From NCBI GenBank assembly GCA_041571435.1, contig JBFFUI010000030.1:1-28471 (forward strand): a stretch of 28,471 nt of DNA, written 5' to 3'. Each line of letters starts with the position of its first letter. The stretch's first letter is position 1. The position numbers were made by a program, and so were the translations under genes. Shown here in pieces: positions 26,467 through 28,471 of the stretch. Source of the DNA: Sulfurimonadaceae bacterium. Its GTDB lineage: Bacteria > Campylobacterota > Campylobacteria > Campylobacterales > Sulfurimonadaceae. A model generated the notes under the pieces. That model saw nothing but the letters and a program-made list of their open reading frames with translations. It was not told the origin of the DNA and did no database searches.

Positions 26467-27672
26467 TTAGAAGTTATAATTTAGAGCAGCAGTCAATGAG
26501 ATCTGATCATTATTTGCCGTAATTTCACCAGCTGGTGAACCTGGCATCCATGTATTTGCTGGAATATCAGCACTTGCAGAACCTGTTCCATATACGAAAG
26601 CACCATCAAGTGATACTTTTTCAGAGAAAGCATATGTACCACCAACTGTATAGTGGTTTTCTGTTACAGCTGGGAACATTGCTAAACTACCAATAACTTG
26701 GTTAGCTGACACACCACCATCTGCGAAAGTACCGTCAATATCAGTCGGTAGCGGAGATGCTCCATGATTATAACCTACACGTACTGCCCATGCATCAGCC
26801 GCAAACTCATAACCTAATGCAAAAACATTTTGATCATCCCATGCAAAATCTTCAAAACCTTTTGCTGAGCTATAAGCAATGTTTTTGTAGTCAACAGCAA
26901 CTGTATGATTTTTTAGGAAGTTGTAAGAGACACCAGCTGCAATTGTTTGAGGTGTATCCAGTTTCGTGTTTGACCCTGGTTGGCCAGTCATAGCAAGACT
27001 GTCAAAAGTATTTTTAAAATCGTGCGTTACAGCTGATTTATAATCAAGACCGATAGTTACACCAGCAATTTGATAAGCAGCACCTACTTCAGCCCCATAT
27101 GCAATATCAGTTGTAACACCAGTACCACCCATTGACAATGCACCATATTCGATTATTGGAGAAAAGCCCAAAGACAAGCCGTCAACTGGCATCCATGCCA
27201 ATGGTACAGAAAAACGCATCAACATAAGGTTGTCATTTGCACCAGATGGTACTGTTGTTGCAGGTGATTCTCTATAATCAACACCCATACCGCCAACACC
27301 ATATAGTGCTAGTCCCCATGCAAAATTATCATTCACTTTATCAGCTGTAGAAACTGCAGGAATCATACTAGCATTAGCTGTACTGCTTTCAGTTGTATTA
27401 GCTAAAGTTGGTGATGTGAAATCTGGTCCTTCAAAAGAAACATCTGGTGAAAAGTAAGTTCCACCAATAGATACTTCTGTACCCTTAGCATAACCAATAA
27501 GAGCCGGGTTGTTGAAACCAGATTCAGCACCTTGGAACTGAGCAACACCTGTACCACCCATTGCGCGAGATTTTGCACCATATCCGATTAATGCAGTACC
27601 ATTTGTTGCAAATGCAGAAGTTGCACCAAGGACCATTGAAGCTGCAAGAGCCAATTTGATTGTTTTTGTCAT
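26467..27672 (-). CDS. OmpP1/FadL/TodX-family outer-membrane channel (copy 2)
   Basis: Same signal peptide and hatch start, NNPA, GMGVDY, FAWDDQNV, C-terminal LNYNF. Confidence 0.9.
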   Translation of the reverse strand: MTKTIKLALAASMVLGATSAFATNGTALIGYGAKSRAMGGTGVAQFQGAESGFNNPALIGYAKGTEVSIGGTYFSPDVSFEGPDFTSPTLANTTESSTANASMIPAVSTADKVNDNFAWGLALYGVGGMGVDYRESPATTVPSGANDNLMLMRFSVPLAWMPVDGLSLGFSPIIEYGALSMGGTGVTTDIAYGAEVGAAYQIAGVTIGLDYKSAVTHDFKNTFDSLAMTGQPGSNTKLDTPQTIAAGVSYNFLKNHTVAVDYKNIAYSSAKGFEDFAWDDQNVFALGYEFAADAWAVRVGYNHGASPLPTDIDGTFADGGVSANQVIGSLAMFPAVTENHYTVGGTYAFSEKVSLDGAFVYGTGSASADIPANTWMPGSPAGEITANNDQISLTAALNYNF

Positions 27673-27736
27673 TATGTAATTCTCCTAATAGAATTGAAAA
27701 GTTGAAAATCCGAGCTCTCGAATTTTTACTTCGTCC

Positions 27737-27770
27737 ATTATATGCGAGTGAAAATAAACTGAAACTTAAA
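27737..27770 (-). promoter_or_regulatory. Campylobacterota-type sigma70 promoter of FadL-like gene 2
   Basis: TTTAAG...T-rich...TATAAT, same layout as copy 1. Confidence 0.65.
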
Positions 27771-28349
27771 TACAAAGCAATTGATATAGTTTTTTCTTAT
27801 AAGATATAAAGTTTTTTTTCATGTTACTTTCATTTTACTGATAAATTTATATTAATTATTATAAAAAAGCCTCCAGAGGGCATTTTTTTAACATTATTTA
27901 ACATTATAGCTATTGAAAATTCATTATGAAAGATATATAAATGTTATAAGAGCAACTAGTAGGATGTGTATATTCGAAACATATGAAATAAATACACTTC
28001 GCTTTGTAATAATCAGGATGAGCGTGATTCGATCAGAAAGGTGTTACTACGTGCCCAAAAATATATAAGTTATCTATCAATAAATCATGACATAATCCTA
28101 TGCAGCAATACGTATTTTCTTTTGCAGTGTAGATGAAATGATATAAATCAAACACTATGATTTAAAAAAAGTTCGAAGAGATGGTATAAACAATGAATTA
28201 TGAAAACTGAATAAAGTAGATGTAGATAGTGAAGTGGTAAATGAAGGAGCATTGAATACACAGACTATAGCGTGAGAATGTATGGTTATAAAGCTTATGA
28301 AAAAATGATTATAAATGAAGAGAAATGAGTGTGAAAGATTAATCCGAGA

Positions 28350-28466
28350 ACTAGGCGGCGACCTACGTTTCCACACCTGAAAGGTGCAGTATTATCAGCG
28401 AAGGGAGGCTTAGCTTCTGGGTTCGGAATGGAGCCAGGCGTTTCCCTCTCTCTATAGCCACCTAGA
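28350..28466 (-). rRNA. rrf: 5S ribosomal RNA
   Basis: Reverse complement TCTAGGTGGCTATAG...GAAACGCCTGGCTCCATTCCGAACCCAGAAGCTAAG...GCTGATAATACTG...GTAGGTCGCCGCCTAG; terminal helix pairs; ends approximate. Confidence 0.96.
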
Positions 28467-28471
28467 CAATC

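Noticed and set aside
24676-27672. Horizontal acquisition of the FadL pair based on lower GC
   Set aside because: The A/T-ending codon bias fits high expression equally well, promoters are native-type and there are no mobility genes.
28155-28376. 73-aa minus-strand ORF
   Set aside because: Begins inside the 5S rRNA and has low-complexity Ser/Phe composition.

Overview
Chromosomal window from a Campylobacterota bacterium, most likely a Sulfurimonadaceae-like sulfur oxidiser. The taxonomy is inferred from gene order (nfuA-TPR-murE...panD...ispA-tkt), promoter style and D/E-x-N-x-S/T sequons. The left edge holds the 5' part of a tRNA-Thr/Tyr/Gly cluster and the right edge a 5S rRNA. Housekeeping genes fill most of the middle: yaaA, K+ channel, pldA, thioredoxin, TrmH-family methylase, nhaA, tkt, ispA, panD, [2Fe-2S] ferredoxin, murE, nfuA and an aldo-keto reductase. 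Three loci stand out. (1) 322-5756: a divergent cyclic-nucleotide module, with a GAF-HD-GYP protein and a class II cNMP phosphodiesterase on one side and an exported rhodanese coupled to a membrane 4Fe-4S protein with a C-terminal cNMP-binding domain on the other. (2) 22505-27770: two tandem FadL/OmpP1 channels with identical signal peptides and similar UTRs, followed by a periplasmic tandem DUF302-like protein and a Met-rich lipoprotein; this is a candidate uptake system for a hydrophobic solute such as elemental sulfur. (3) 17436-18668: a small beta-barrel plus an Ig-like lipoprotein with ten PglB-type N-glycosylation sequons. Also seen: a frameshifted mosaic gene, a 7-bp tandem repeat in a promoter and two probable leaderless genes. 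I saw no CRISPR array, integrase or transposase. All family assignments come from motif recognition by eye, not database searches.
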